Positions 50,392 through 59,514 of a DNA stretch of 64,000 bases are shown here, piece by piece. The position numbers were made by a program, and so were the translations under genes. Location of the stretch: NCBI GenBank assembly GCA_977020255.1, contig CDROCS010001101.1, positions 62,001-126,000 of the forward strand. The letters run 5' to 3'. The notes beneath the pieces were generated by a model. It saw only the letters and a list, made by a program, of their open reading frames with translations, was not told where the DNA came from and did no database searches. Position 1 is the first letter of the stretch, and each line of letters begins with the position of its first letter. The stretch comes from Obrimoposthia wandeli (Eukaryota).

Positions 50392-51141
50392 ATGACACGG
50401 AAGAACATATTGATCACAGGCGCAAGTTCAGGGTTGGGCCGAGGTATGGCCATCGAATTTGCAAAATCAGGTCATAACTTAGCACTTTGTGCACGTAGAC
50501 TTGATAATTTAGTTGCACTGAAAGCAGAACTCTTAGCCCTCAATCCTCACATCCAAATCGAAATCAAACCTCTTGATGTCAACGAACATGAACAAGTCTT
50601 CACTGTTTTCCATGAATTCAAAGCTGAATTTGGTACGCTTGATCGTATTATTGTTAATGCTGGATTAGGCAAGGGCGGATCCGTCGGTACAGGTTTTTTC
50701 AAAGCTAATCTGCAAACAGCACAAACCAATTTTATTGCGGCGCTCGCACAGTGTGAAGCGGCGCTCGAAATTTTTAGGGCGCAAAATGCTGGGCATCTAG
50801 TAACGATTTCTTCTATCAGTGCTGTACGAGGATTCCGCCGTGCGTTAACTGTGTATGCAGCCACTAAAGCAGCACTAACATCATTAACGGAAGGCATCAG
50901 GATTGACGTGATGGATACGCCAATCAAAGTGAGTTGTGTCCATCCTGGATTTATTCGCACCGAGATGAATGAAAAAGTAAAAACAGCACCTTTCATGATA
51001 GATGCTGAAGCGGGTTGTAAAGCGATAGTGAAAGCAATTAATAAAGAAAAAGCGAATAGTTATGTACCAAGTTACCCTTGGGCTATTATGCATTTATTAC
51101 TACGTGTGGCTCCTACAAGTCTGATTCGAAAAATGAGTTAA
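50392..51141 (+). CDS. Short-chain dehydrogenase/reductase
   Basis: ITGASSGLG, NAG and YAATK motifs. Confidence 0.9.
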   Translation: MTRKNILITGASSGLGRGMAIEFAKSGHNLALCARRLDNLVALKAELLALNPHIQIEIKPLDVNEHEQVFTVFHEFKAEFGTLDRIIVNAGLGKGGSVGTGFFKANLQTAQTNFIAALAQCEAALEIFRAQNAGHLVTISSISAVRGFRRALTVYAATKAALTSLTEGIRIDVMDTPIKVSCVHPGFIRTEMNEKVKTAPFMIDAEAGCKAIVKAINKEKANSYVPSYPWAIMHLLLRVAPTSLIRKMS

Positions 51142-51177
51142 TACGCTATCGTTAAGATTATTGAGCTTGGGGTACAT

Positions 51178-51858
51178 ATGAACATCTTCTTGCATAAGTT
51201 AAATGCACATGGAAAATTTGATGGCCTTCTGACTAGGGTAGATAGTCTTTTTGATAAAGCACTCGAATGTATTGGTGAAAAACTGCCTTTGGAAGAAATT
51301 AATATTGATGTGATTATTTCTGAAGGTGACTTTGTAATACCTGAATTTGGTTTCTGTGGATACAGTCCATCATCGGGACAAATAATGTTGTTTTTTGATT
51401 TGAATAATGAAAATTTGGATACTTGTCTTGATGCCGAATTCATGCCGAGCCTTGGACATGAAATTCATCACTGCTTTCGACATAAAGGCGTTGGGTATGG
51501 TAAGACGCTTCAGGAAGCAGTAATAAGCGAAGGGTTAGCTTGCCACTTTGAAGTAGAGCTTAGGGATGGTGATGTTCCATTTTATGCACAAGCAATAAAC
51601 CAAGATATGATTGATGTCCTACATTCAAAAATGCTAAATGAAGCTGCTAATTTGACTTACGACCACAATGTTTGGTTTTTTGGGGCTGAGCCTGATTCAA
51701 TACCTTTACATGCGGGATATACATTGGGATATTATATTGTTTCAAAATATATAAAAGCAACTGGAACTCCTGCATCACAGCTATGGAATGTATCGGCAAA
51801 TGAGTTTTTTGATGGCTCTTATGCTACAGAGAATAGATTGACCTTTAAGGCATTGTAA
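51178..51858 (+). CDS. DUF2268-type predicted Zn-dependent peptidase
   Basis: HEIHH plus downstream SEGLA, and GYTLGY motif. Confidence 0.8.
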   Translation: MNIFLHKLNAHGKFDGLLTRVDSLFDKALECIGEKLPLEEINIDVIISEGDFVIPEFGFCGYSPSSGQIMLFFDLNNENLDTCLDAEFMPSLGHEIHHCFRHKGVGYGKTLQEAVISEGLACHFEVELRDGDVPFYAQAINQDMIDVLHSKMLNEAANLTYDHNVWFFGAEPDSIPLHAGYTLGYYIVSKYIKATGTPASQLWNVSANEFFDGSYATENRLTFKAL

Positions 51859-51961
51859 TTTAAGTTTAATATGGTCTTTAAGATAGGTATTAAATTGGAA
51901 TTTTATTGGTGTTATACGAGATTTCATATAACAGCTGTCAGTAGAGAATAAGGTATGTGGT

Positions 51962-52543
51962 ATGAATTGGTTATCCGAATCCCAACTAAAAGGTAATTAC
52001 GTTACTCTAGAACCACTGGGTATTGAACACCTTGATGAACTAAAAGAGGCCGTTTTGGATGGCGAATCTTGGAAGTTATGGTATGCAAATGTTCCGTCCC
52101 CTGAACGAATGAGTGAATATGTAAGAGAAGCTATTACAGAATCAAAGAAAGGTAATATTGCATTTGCGATAAGATGTAATAATACAAATAAAGTTGTAGG
52201 AACCAGCAGGTTTTATAACGTCGATGCTAAAAATAAGCGGGCGATGTTAGGCTATACATGGTATTCATCGTCAGTGCGACGATCACCAGTTAATACAGAG
52301 TGCAAATTACTTTTACTCTTGCACGTTTTTGAAAAGCATTCTGCAATAGCTGTTGAGTTTAGAACTCACTTCTTTAACCAAAGTTCTAGAAAAGCTATAG
52401 AAAGGCTAGGAGCTAAGCAAGATGGTATTATTCGAAACCATCAAATTTTAAAAGATGGCTCTATTAGAGATACAGTTGTTTACTCAATTATTAATTCTGA
52501 GTGGCCAGCGGTAAAAAACAATTTGCAGAGTAAGCTCGGCTAA
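51962..52543 (+). CDS. GNAT acetyltransferase, RimJ/RimL-like
   Basis: VTLEPL, LGYTWY and SRKAIERLGAKQDG motifs; stop lies within GGCTAAC. Confidence 0.88.
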   Translation: MNWLSESQLKGNYVTLEPLGIEHLDELKEAVLDGESWKLWYANVPSPERMSEYVREAITESKKGNIAFAIRCNNTNKVVGTSRFYNVDAKNKRAMLGYTWYSSSVRRSPVNTECKLLLLLHVFEKHSAIAVEFRTHFFNQSSRKAIERLGAKQDGIIRNHQILKDGSIRDTVVYSIINSEWPAVKNNLQSKLG

Positions 52544-52725
52544 CAAAAATTTATTATGGGCATTTTCTAATCATGGTGAAAATTATCAGCTTATGAATGT
52601 TAGTAACTGTTATTGATATGTCGTAGGGCTCAACAAATAATAGATTTCGGTTCGCTACGTAAAATCTAGCGAACTAACTCCCAACTTTTTCTCATGACAA
52701 CTAATCGGAAACTGTCATATCTATC

Positions 52726-53751
52726 CTACATTGGGAGCAAAATGATTTTCCCATGTATAGGTGTAGATTTAGACTCAATAAGTTCAATAGCGGATTGAAC
52801 TTGATCTAATGGAATACAGCGGTCTACATCTAGTTGTATCTTATTGATTATGAAATGGTCTAACATCATCGTAAATTTTTCACGTCTGACATCTTTACCA
52901 ACCGTGTTTTCCCAGTAACGTAAGAAAAATGTACTGAAATCGATATTCTGGTTTTTCGCATATTCATAAAAACGAGGCTCATAAAATTCCAGTGAAAGAG
53001 TTCCATAGTTGATATACCGACCCTTGATACCCACGGTATGAATCAGTTCAGTGCCCACTTTGCCTCCAATAGCATCAAATGCTACATTGGGTCTAGGCAA
53101 ATTGCGCTGTTGAATTTGAGTAATTAGATCACCTTTAGCATCTATGACAATGCTTGAATCATATGCATAAGTTTCAGGTTTTGAAGTTACAACAAGAAGA
53201 GTAAACCCCAGCGATGAAGATAACTGCGCAAAAATCTTACCTATAGCAGAACTACCTGCATTGACAATCAGTACATCATCTCTTGTCAACTGAGCGACTT
53301 CTGTGGTCAAAACCCAAGCTGTTAACGCATTAATATATAATTGGCATGCGTAGCCGTTTTCCAGATGGTGAGGAATATGAAAGAGGTTATCTGGTGATAC
53401 ATCGATATATTTCTGCCAAGTACCACTGGTAGCCACAACGACTCTTTGACCTATGATAAATTTTTCATGGTTAGACTCGATGACTTGCCCGACGGCTTCG
53501 AATCCAGGAACTCTGGGTGGCTGATGACTATGCCGATATTGACCTATGCCATGAATAGACAACAGATCGCTTGGGTTAATATTTGTAGCTTCGATTTTGA
53601 CCCTAATGTTATCTTTTTCAAGCGATTCCAACGGTAAATGCTCTACCGTCAATGAGTCCTTTGGGTGCCCGAAACAGATCTGGTTAATTCTTGTATTTGT
53701 CGTGGTGTCAGTCATCTCTTGACCATAAGTGGTTGAATTATTAACTTGCAT
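52726..53751 (-). CDS. MDR-family (quinone/enoyl reductase-like) oxidoreductase
   Basis: INPSDL, VPGFEAVG, NAGSSAIG and GKIILL motifs. Start may be the ATG at 53715. Confidence 0.85.
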   Translation of the reverse strand: MQVNNSTTYGQEMTDTTTNTRINQICFGHPKDSLTVEHLPLESLEKDNIRVKIEATNINPSDLLSIHGIGQYRHSHQPPRVPGFEAVGQVIESNHEKFIIGQRVVVATSGTWQKYIDVSPDNLFHIPHHLENGYACQLYINALTAWVLTTEVAQLTRDDVLIVNAGSSAIGKIFAQLSSSLGFTLLVVTSKPETYAYDSSIVIDAKGDLITQIQQRNLPRPNVAFDAIGGKVGTELIHTVGIKGRYINYGTLSLEFYEPRFYEYAKNQNIDFSTFFLRYWENTVGKDVRREKFTMMLDHFIINKIQLDVDRCIPLDQVQSAIELIESKSTPIHGKIILLPM

Positions 53752-54182
53752 CTAGGTATACTGGCGTTTTTTATCGTGAATGTCCATCTCTATACTTACC
53801 AGTGATGTGGCTCACTTTTTCCCCTTTTTACGTTAGAGTTGCTACTCACTCAAAATATGTTCATATCGGTTTGCCATAGATTTTCTAATTTCACATGATT
53901 TGCAAGAATGAATCTAAAACGGTGTCCAGTATTACTTAATCACTTCATTCCTGTTTGTAAACGGTAGTAGCCAAAATATGAACGAAGTTATTCTAGAAAA
54001 GAAAATATTTTGATGAACTGCATAGGTCGACCCATGAAATCATCCTACATCGATGACTTTATCTTAAAATTAAGAATGCTACGAAGAAAGCCAATTTCAA
54101 TAAGTCACTACAATTTATAAGATAGTGTGTAAATTTTTCTTTGACTATGCCAAAATCACAAACAATAAATTCGTAAAAGGAT

Positions 54183-54974
54183 ATGTACATGGTTGATGGT
54201 CAACTAATTATGCCTAAAGGTAATGTGATAAAACATCAATGGATAAGCTCATTTTTCCTTCTTGGTAAAACTACTCGTGATTATTGGTTATATGTTCCTA
54301 AACAATATGACCCTGAAACACCGATTGGTTTAATGGTATTCCAAGACGGTGAGGAATACGTGGATGAGAATGGCTGTTTCAAAGCACCTCAAGTATTTGA
54401 TGAATTAATCCATAAAGAAGCAATACCACCTATCATTGGATTATTCGTAAACTCAGGGCATAACGCCAACGTGCCTAGCCCAAAATCACATTGGGAATCT
54501 AGCTTTCGTAGTTATGAATATGATTCACTAGGAGATGAGTACACAAGATTCCTAATTGAGGAACTAATACCTGAAATAGGTAAAGAATATAACCTCACTA
54601 ATAACCCTAAGATGAGAGCTATATGCGGAATGTCATCAGGAGGCATCTGTGCATTTACAGCAGCATGGGAACGCCCCGATTACTTTCATAAGGTAATGAG
54701 TCACATTGGAAGTTTTACCGATATTAGAGGCGGTCATGTTTATCCCAATCTAGTTCGTAAATCTTCTAAAAAGGACATTAAGGTATTTTTACAAGATGGC
54801 AGCAACGACCTTGATATTCATTTTGGTAATTGGTGGTTAAGTAATTTACAAATGGAAAGTGCTCTTAAATTTAAGGGGTATATTCATAAATTTGTTGGTG
54901 GTACTGGAGGGCATGACGGGAAACATGGTGGTTCTATTTTTGCTGAATCATTGATGTGGCTTTGGGGGGAATAA
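54183..54974 (+). CDS. Alpha/beta-hydrolase esterase (enterochelin-esterase-like)
   Basis: LMVFQDG, GMSSGG nucleophile elbow and GGHDGKHG motifs. Confidence 0.85.
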   Translation: MYMVDGQLIMPKGNVIKHQWISSFFLLGKTTRDYWLYVPKQYDPETPIGLMVFQDGEEYVDENGCFKAPQVFDELIHKEAIPPIIGLFVNSGHNANVPSPKSHWESSFRSYEYDSLGDEYTRFLIEELIPEIGKEYNLTNNPKMRAICGMSSGGICAFTAAWERPDYFHKVMSHIGSFTDIRGGHVYPNLVRKSSKKDIKVFLQDGSNDLDIHFGNWWLSNLQMESALKFKGYIHKFVGGTGGHDGKHGGSIFAESLMWLWGE

Positions 54975-55226
54975 CATCAAATAAATACTTCAGATGAATA
55001 TAAATTATATATTCAAGTAGCCAAAATTATATACCCGTAGCGGTCTTAGGATCCCAATAATAGCCCGTACCTGTTGAAGGACGAAATTGACCGCAGGTTA
55101 TGGTTAATCGGGGGGAGAATCAAATAGACTGTTTACTTCCCCTACAAATCATTGTGTTAAGTGGTTAAATTGAATTTTATTGTCATAGTGAAATACGTGT
55201 GATGGCGCCATTAATAGGTTAGGAAA

Positions 55227-55796
55227 ATGGAACTAAAACTACAGCAATTAATTAAGTCGGTTCCAGAGTTAATGGAAACAGCTGAAGCGTGCAGAGATGT
55301 TGGTTTGCCTAATTTCTACATTGCTGGCGGTGCGATTACTCAATTAATTTGGAACAGCTTGGATGAAAAAGAGTTGCTCGATAAAGTCAAAGATTTTGAC
55401 ATTGTTTATTTTGATAAGACCAATACTGTTTCAGAAGAGTCTTTTGAAAGAAGTATTGCTAAACGTATACGGCATTGTGTCAAAGTGGATCTTAAGAATC
55501 AAGCTACAATGCATGAGCGATATGTCCAAAGGTTTGGTTGCTCAATCCTAGCATATGTTCGTGTGGAACAAGGTATTGAGTCTTGGTTACCTGCGTTTGC
55601 TATAGGCTTTACCCTTGACTCTTATGGAAATATAACTATCTATGCTCCTTATGGTTTGGAAGATGCTTTCAGTATGTTAGTGAAACCTAATAAGCGAGCA
55701 ATGACAGAGAGCAATTACAACAACATGACCGCTGGCTATAAGGCTCGTTGGCCGAAAGTAAAGGTGCTCCCATGGAATCCATCTGCTAATAAATGA
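55227..55796 (+). CDS. Nucleotidyltransferase family protein (DUF925-like), cassette
   Basis: IAGGAITQLIWN, KDFDIVYFD, KNQATMH and APYGLED motifs; preceded by GTTAGGA and running into an attC. Confidence 0.8.
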   Translation: MELKLQQLIKSVPELMETAEACRDVGLPNFYIAGGAITQLIWNSLDEKELLDKVKDFDIVYFDKTNTVSEESFERSIAKRIRHCVKVDLKNQATMHERYVQRFGCSILAYVRVEQGIESWLPAFAIGFTLDSYGNITIYAPYGLEDAFSMLVKPNKRAMTESNYNNMTAGYKARWPKVKVLPWNPSANK

Positions 55797-55911
55797 CTTA
55801 AGAGTGATTCGTAACGCGTAGCATTTTTACTATGTGTTTGGTTAAGCTAGTAAGGTGGTGTTTAATGGCTAGGGTATCAGTAAGTTATTCACTTAATGGC
55901 AAGGGTTAATA
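55784..55911 (+). mobile_element. Long Vibrio-type attC (128 bp), R'' mutated to AAT
   Basis: TGCTAAT-AAATGACTTAAGAGTGATTCGTAACGCGTAGCATTTTTACTATG...TAAGGTGGT...CACTTAATGGCAAGG-GTTAATA resembles Vibrio superintegron repeats (from recall). Confidence 0.8.
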
Positions 55912-56188
55912 TTACAGACGCATCAATAAAATTTTAAGGCTATAAAATTGATGAAGTCTCATGTCTGGTTCAAGGCCGGCATAGTTATCATATATGACTC
56001 ATCTTAGATGCCTCTCCTCATCGTCATCATACAATCAATTAGCTTGGTCCCAAGATGGTTATTGTTTCAAACTCGATAATAAAGCGTATTGACTCCTCCA
56101 AGGGGCTCCGTAATAAATTAGTGTAAATAATGGTACTTGAAAATTCAGATGCAGTAGACTCGAATAAACAGTGATTTAGGAAGTAGAT

Positions 56189-57034
56189 ATGATACTGACA
56201 GCATTAATTGATAATACTCGATTAGATGATAGAACAGACCTTGCGGTTGAGAGAGGGCTATCTTTTCACATAAAAACGATGGGGCAAGAAATTCTATTTG
56301 ATGCTGGTAGCAGTAAAGCTTTTTGTGATAATGCTATTTTATTAGGTATTAAGATGGAAGATGTAGATGCTGCCATTATTTCACATCGTCATCATGACCA
56401 CTGTAATGGTGTAACGCATTTCCTCGACCGTAATTCTAAGGCTCAGGTCTATTTTCGCGAGTGTGCAGAAACTGATTATAGTTTTAAAGCGTTTGGCTTC
56501 AAAAGTAATGTCGGTATTGATAAGACCCTATTAGATAAAGACCGTAGACGATTCACCTTCATTGATAAAACCACTGAGATAAGTCCAAATATTTTTATCA
56601 TTACAAGTATTAGTCGTAAGTATGATCAACCAAAAGGTAATAAATATCTGTTTACTGATTCAGGTGATGGCTGTAAACCAGACACTTTTGATCATGAGCT
56701 ACTCTTAGTTATTAAAGAAGATGATGGTCTTATCGTATTTACTGGTTGTGCTCATAGCGGTGTACTTAATATGATTGAAACCGCGATTGAATTGTTTCCG
56801 AACACCAGAATTAAAGCTGTTGTCGGTGGATTTCATTTGGTCGGGTTACCTTTGTTTAATAGCATTGGCGGAACTAAGAAAGACATTGAAGCAATCGGTG
56901 AAACCATGCTCACTTATCCAATCGATAAGCTCTATACTGGCCATTGTACTGGCATGAAAGCCTATGAAATATTAAAAGACGTACTTGGTGATACCCTTGA
57001 GTACTTCCCAACTGGGCGTCGTATCACTATCTAA
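56189..57034 (+). CDS. Metallo-beta-lactamase-fold hydrolase
   Basis: ILFDAG, SHRHHDH (HxHxDH), TGCAHSG, GGFHL and GHCTG motifs. Confidence 0.88.
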   Translation: MILTALIDNTRLDDRTDLAVERGLSFHIKTMGQEILFDAGSSKAFCDNAILLGIKMEDVDAAIISHRHHDHCNGVTHFLDRNSKAQVYFRECAETDYSFKAFGFKSNVGIDKTLLDKDRRRFTFIDKTTEISPNIFIITSISRKYDQPKGNKYLFTDSGDGCKPDTFDHELLLVIKEDDGLIVFTGCAHSGVLNMIETAIELFPNTRIKAVVGGFHLVGLPLFNSIGGTKKDIEAIGETMLTYPIDKLYTGHCTGMKAYEILKDVLGDTLEYFPTGRRITI

Positions 57035-57109
57035 TTAAAAACACCCTAATGACTTAGTCTGCCAATTCAATGCTACCTTTATAGTAAACAAACACATAAG
57101 GGCATTGAA

Positions 57110-57730
57110 ATGGATTTTGATTGGGTAGAGTGGTTTGGTTATCTCGCATCGTTAGTTGTACTCGTGTCCCTTACTATGACGTCAATTATCAAGCTGCGGG
57201 TCATTAACTTCATTGGCTGTATTCTATTTGCGATATTTGCCTATTTTATTGATTCCTTACCGACCATGTTAATGAACCTAGGGATAGCCGGCATCAATGT
57301 TTACTTCTTATGGAAAATTCATTCGACCGAGGAACAGTTCAAACTGATTGTGGCAGCGGTTCATTCTGAATATTTTGAGCATTTCATAGCAACAAACCTA
57401 AGTGACATTGAACGCCAAACCACAGTAGATGAACTTCGAGAAGCCAATACGGTGTTTTATATGCTCAGGAATAACAGTATAGCGGGTGTACTAGCCGGGA
57501 ATAATAATGCACAAGGCGAACTGTCAGTGTTACTGGACTTTGTTACACCTGAATTCCGTGATTTTAAGTTGGCGGATTATTACTATAAGTCTCACCCTGA
57601 TGTACTCAAACACAGGGGGGTCAATACACTGATTGCTAAAGCTACGACACCGGAACATAGAGACTACTTACTCAAAGTGGGTTTTCAGGTTGCTGGTGGC
57701 TTTGAAGGTGTTTATCAGAAACAGCTTTAA
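57110..57730 (+). CDS. YgjV-like membrane protein
   Basis: Three N-terminal TM helices (GYLASLVVLVSLTM..LRVINFIG) followed by a soluble C-terminal domain. Confidence 0.7.
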   Translation: MDFDWVEWFGYLASLVVLVSLTMTSIIKLRVINFIGCILFAIFAYFIDSLPTMLMNLGIAGINVYFLWKIHSTEEQFKLIVAAVHSEYFEHFIATNLSDIERQTTVDELREANTVFYMLRNNSIAGVLAGNNNAQGELSVLLDFVTPEFRDFKLADYYYKSHPDVLKHRGVNTLIAKATTPEHRDYLLKVGFQVAGGFEGVYQKQL

Positions 57731-57853
57731 GGGTGCTAGCTAGTATCCTCCTACCTCGTTCAGATTTACTTAACTCTAGGTTAACTTCATTCTAATATTC
57801 TTAACTTACAGTGAGGGGTATACTCTCGGCTCTTAGAAAGGGAGAGCCAAAAC

Positions 57854-58042
57854 ATGTTTGAATTCGTTACTAATTCCTCATTAAAAACACACCTATCACT
57901 ACCGGCTTATTGTGTCTTACGCCGCAGCTTCTCTAATGACAATGCTGTGCGCTCTAAGGCTGATCATATCAGTCCAGGAGCAAAGGCGGACAATCGTATA
58001 GATCACTATACTCGTAGCATGATGGTGCAAGCTGCAGCTTAA
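57854..58042 (+). CDS. Hypothetical 62-aa ORF
   Basis: GGAGAG RBS-like sequence upstream; no recognised motif. Confidence 0.3.
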   Translation: MFEFVTNSSLKTHLSLPAYCVLRRSFSNDNAVRSKADHISPGAKADNRIDHYTRSMMVQAAA

Positions 58043-58116
58043 TTTAAACGCCTGCCTAGGTATTTGACCATTAAAAAAACACATCACATTAACCGATGTA
58101 AACAGGGAACATCCCC

Positions 58117-59514
58117 ATGTATGAAAATGAAGAAAAACTAACGAAAGCATTTGTTATTGCCGCCATCATTTGGGGCGTTATAGGCATGTGCATGGGTTTA
58201 ATGGCAGCTCTACAGCTATATTTACCGCAATTGAATTTTGCCAATGAGTATATAAATTTCGGGAAAATAAGACCCTTGCATACTAACGCTATCATCTTTG
58301 GATTGGTTTGCAACTTTATAATCGGTCTGTCGTTATACATAGTGGCAAAAACATCCGTCGTGAATCTAGTATCTAAAGGTTTATCGTGGTTCTTGTTCTG
58401 GGGTTGGCAGATAACATTGGTAATCGGTCTTATCTCAATCGCTTTAGGGTATACATCAACCAAAGAATACGCCGAATTTGAGTGGCCAATTGATATCGCT
58501 ATTGTGGTTCTCTGGTTAACGTTTGGATATATCTTCTTTGGAACGCTAGCGAAAAGAAAAACAAAGCATATATTTGTTTCAAACTGGTTTAGTGGCGGTG
58601 TCATTATTGTCATCGGCTTAATTTACTTAATCAATAATTTAGCCATTCCCGTGTATGCATTTAAAGGTTACTCCATATTTTCTGGTGCGAGTGATGCACT
58701 TGTACAGTGGTGGTGGGGACATAATGCAGTTGGCTTCTTATTGACAGCTGGTTTTGTGGGTACCAATTACTATTTCATTCCCAAGTTAGTTAATAGACCC
58801 ATTTATTCATATCGACTGTCTTTAATTACTTTTTGGGGCTTAATCGGCTTTTATACTTGGGCTGGTACACACCATTTACTCTTTACATCCGTTCCATCTT
58901 GGATTCAAAATATTGGCGTAGTGATGTCTATTCTATTATGGATCCCGTCATGGGCTGGCGCATTTAACGCTTGGATGACGTGTACTTCCAATAAAGAAGA
59001 ATTGAAAACTAATCCTGTTGTCTGGTTTTTCTTATCGTCAATCGCCTATTACGCATTAGCAACGTTTGAAGGGCCTCTTATGGCTATCAGATGGTTCAAT
59101 ATGATAGCTCACAATACGAGTTGGGTTATCGGACATGTTCACTCTGGCGCGCTAGGTTGGGTTGGCATGACGTGTATAGCAACCTTCTACTATTTCATTC
59201 CTAAGTTATACAAAAAAGAACTCTACTCATATGGCTTAGTTAAGGTGCATTTTGTACTCGCTCATATAGGCGTATTGTTCTACATAGTCTCCCTGTGGAT
59301 CGGTGGCATAGGTCAAGGTGTTAAATCGTTAAGCCTTACTGAGTCTGGTTCTCTTACTTATTCGTTTGTTGATATTTTACGATTTATGGAACCTTACATG
59401 CTCGGACGTGCCATTGGTGGCGCGCTGTTTATCTTGGGTATGTTAGTGATGGTATATAACCTCATCATGACGGTGAAAAAACCACAAAAAGTAGTTATTG
59501 AAGGAGCATATTAA
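58117..59514 (+). CDS. ccoN: cbb3-type cytochrome c oxidase subunit I (divergent paralog)
   Basis: RPLHTN, KEYAEFEWP, WWWGHNAVGF, YTWAGTHH, TFEGP and GHVHSG motifs. Confidence 0.9.
   Translation: MYENEEKLTKAFVIAAIIWGVIGMCMGLMAALQLYLPQLNFANEYINFGKIRPLHTNAIIFGLVCNFIIGLSLYIVAKTSVVNLVSKGLSWFLFWGWQITLVIGLISIALGYTSTKEYAEFEWPIDIAIVVLWLTFGYIFFGTLAKRKTKHIFVSNWFSGGVIIVIGLIYLINNLAIPVYAFKGYSIFSGASDALVQWWWGHNAVGFLLTAGFVGTNYYFIPKLVNRPIYSYRLSLITFWGLIGFYTWAGTHHLLFTSVPSWIQNIGVVMSILLWIPSWAGAFNAWMTCTSNKEELKTNPVVWFFLSSIAYYALATFEGPLMAIRWFNMIAHNTSWVIGHVHSGALGWVGMTCIATFYYFIPKLYKKELYSYGLVKVHFVLAHIGVLFYIVSLWIGGIGQGVKSLSLTESGSLTYSFVDILRFMEPYMLGRAIGGALFILGMLVMVYNLIMTVKKPQKVVIEGAY

Larger units (their letters stand above)
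45613..55911 (+). mobile_element. Integron cassette array lacking an integrase (CALIN-like), partly decayed
   Basis: Four recognisable attC sites and several relics after same-strand, AT-rich ORFs; no tyrosine recombinase in the window; boundaries approximate. Confidence 0.75.

Noticed and set aside
50067-50453. 128-aa minus-strand ORF
   Set aside because: It overlaps the SDR start antisense and crosses the hairpin region; an alternative short hydrophobic frame looks more protein-like.
53978-54125. Possible frameshifted pseudogene (MNEVILEKKIF / DELHRSTHEIILHR...)
   Set aside because: It needs a frameshift and a stop read-through and shows no recognisable homology.
58064-58078. FNR box (TTGACCATTAAAAA) before ccoN
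   Set aside because: The right half-site is a poor match to ATCAA in an A-rich context.
57740-58110. Moco riboswitch upstream of the molybdoenzyme operon
   Set aside because: Only a loose CTCTC..GAAAGGGAG resemblance; the conserved stems could not be assembled by eye. An Rfam scan is needed.
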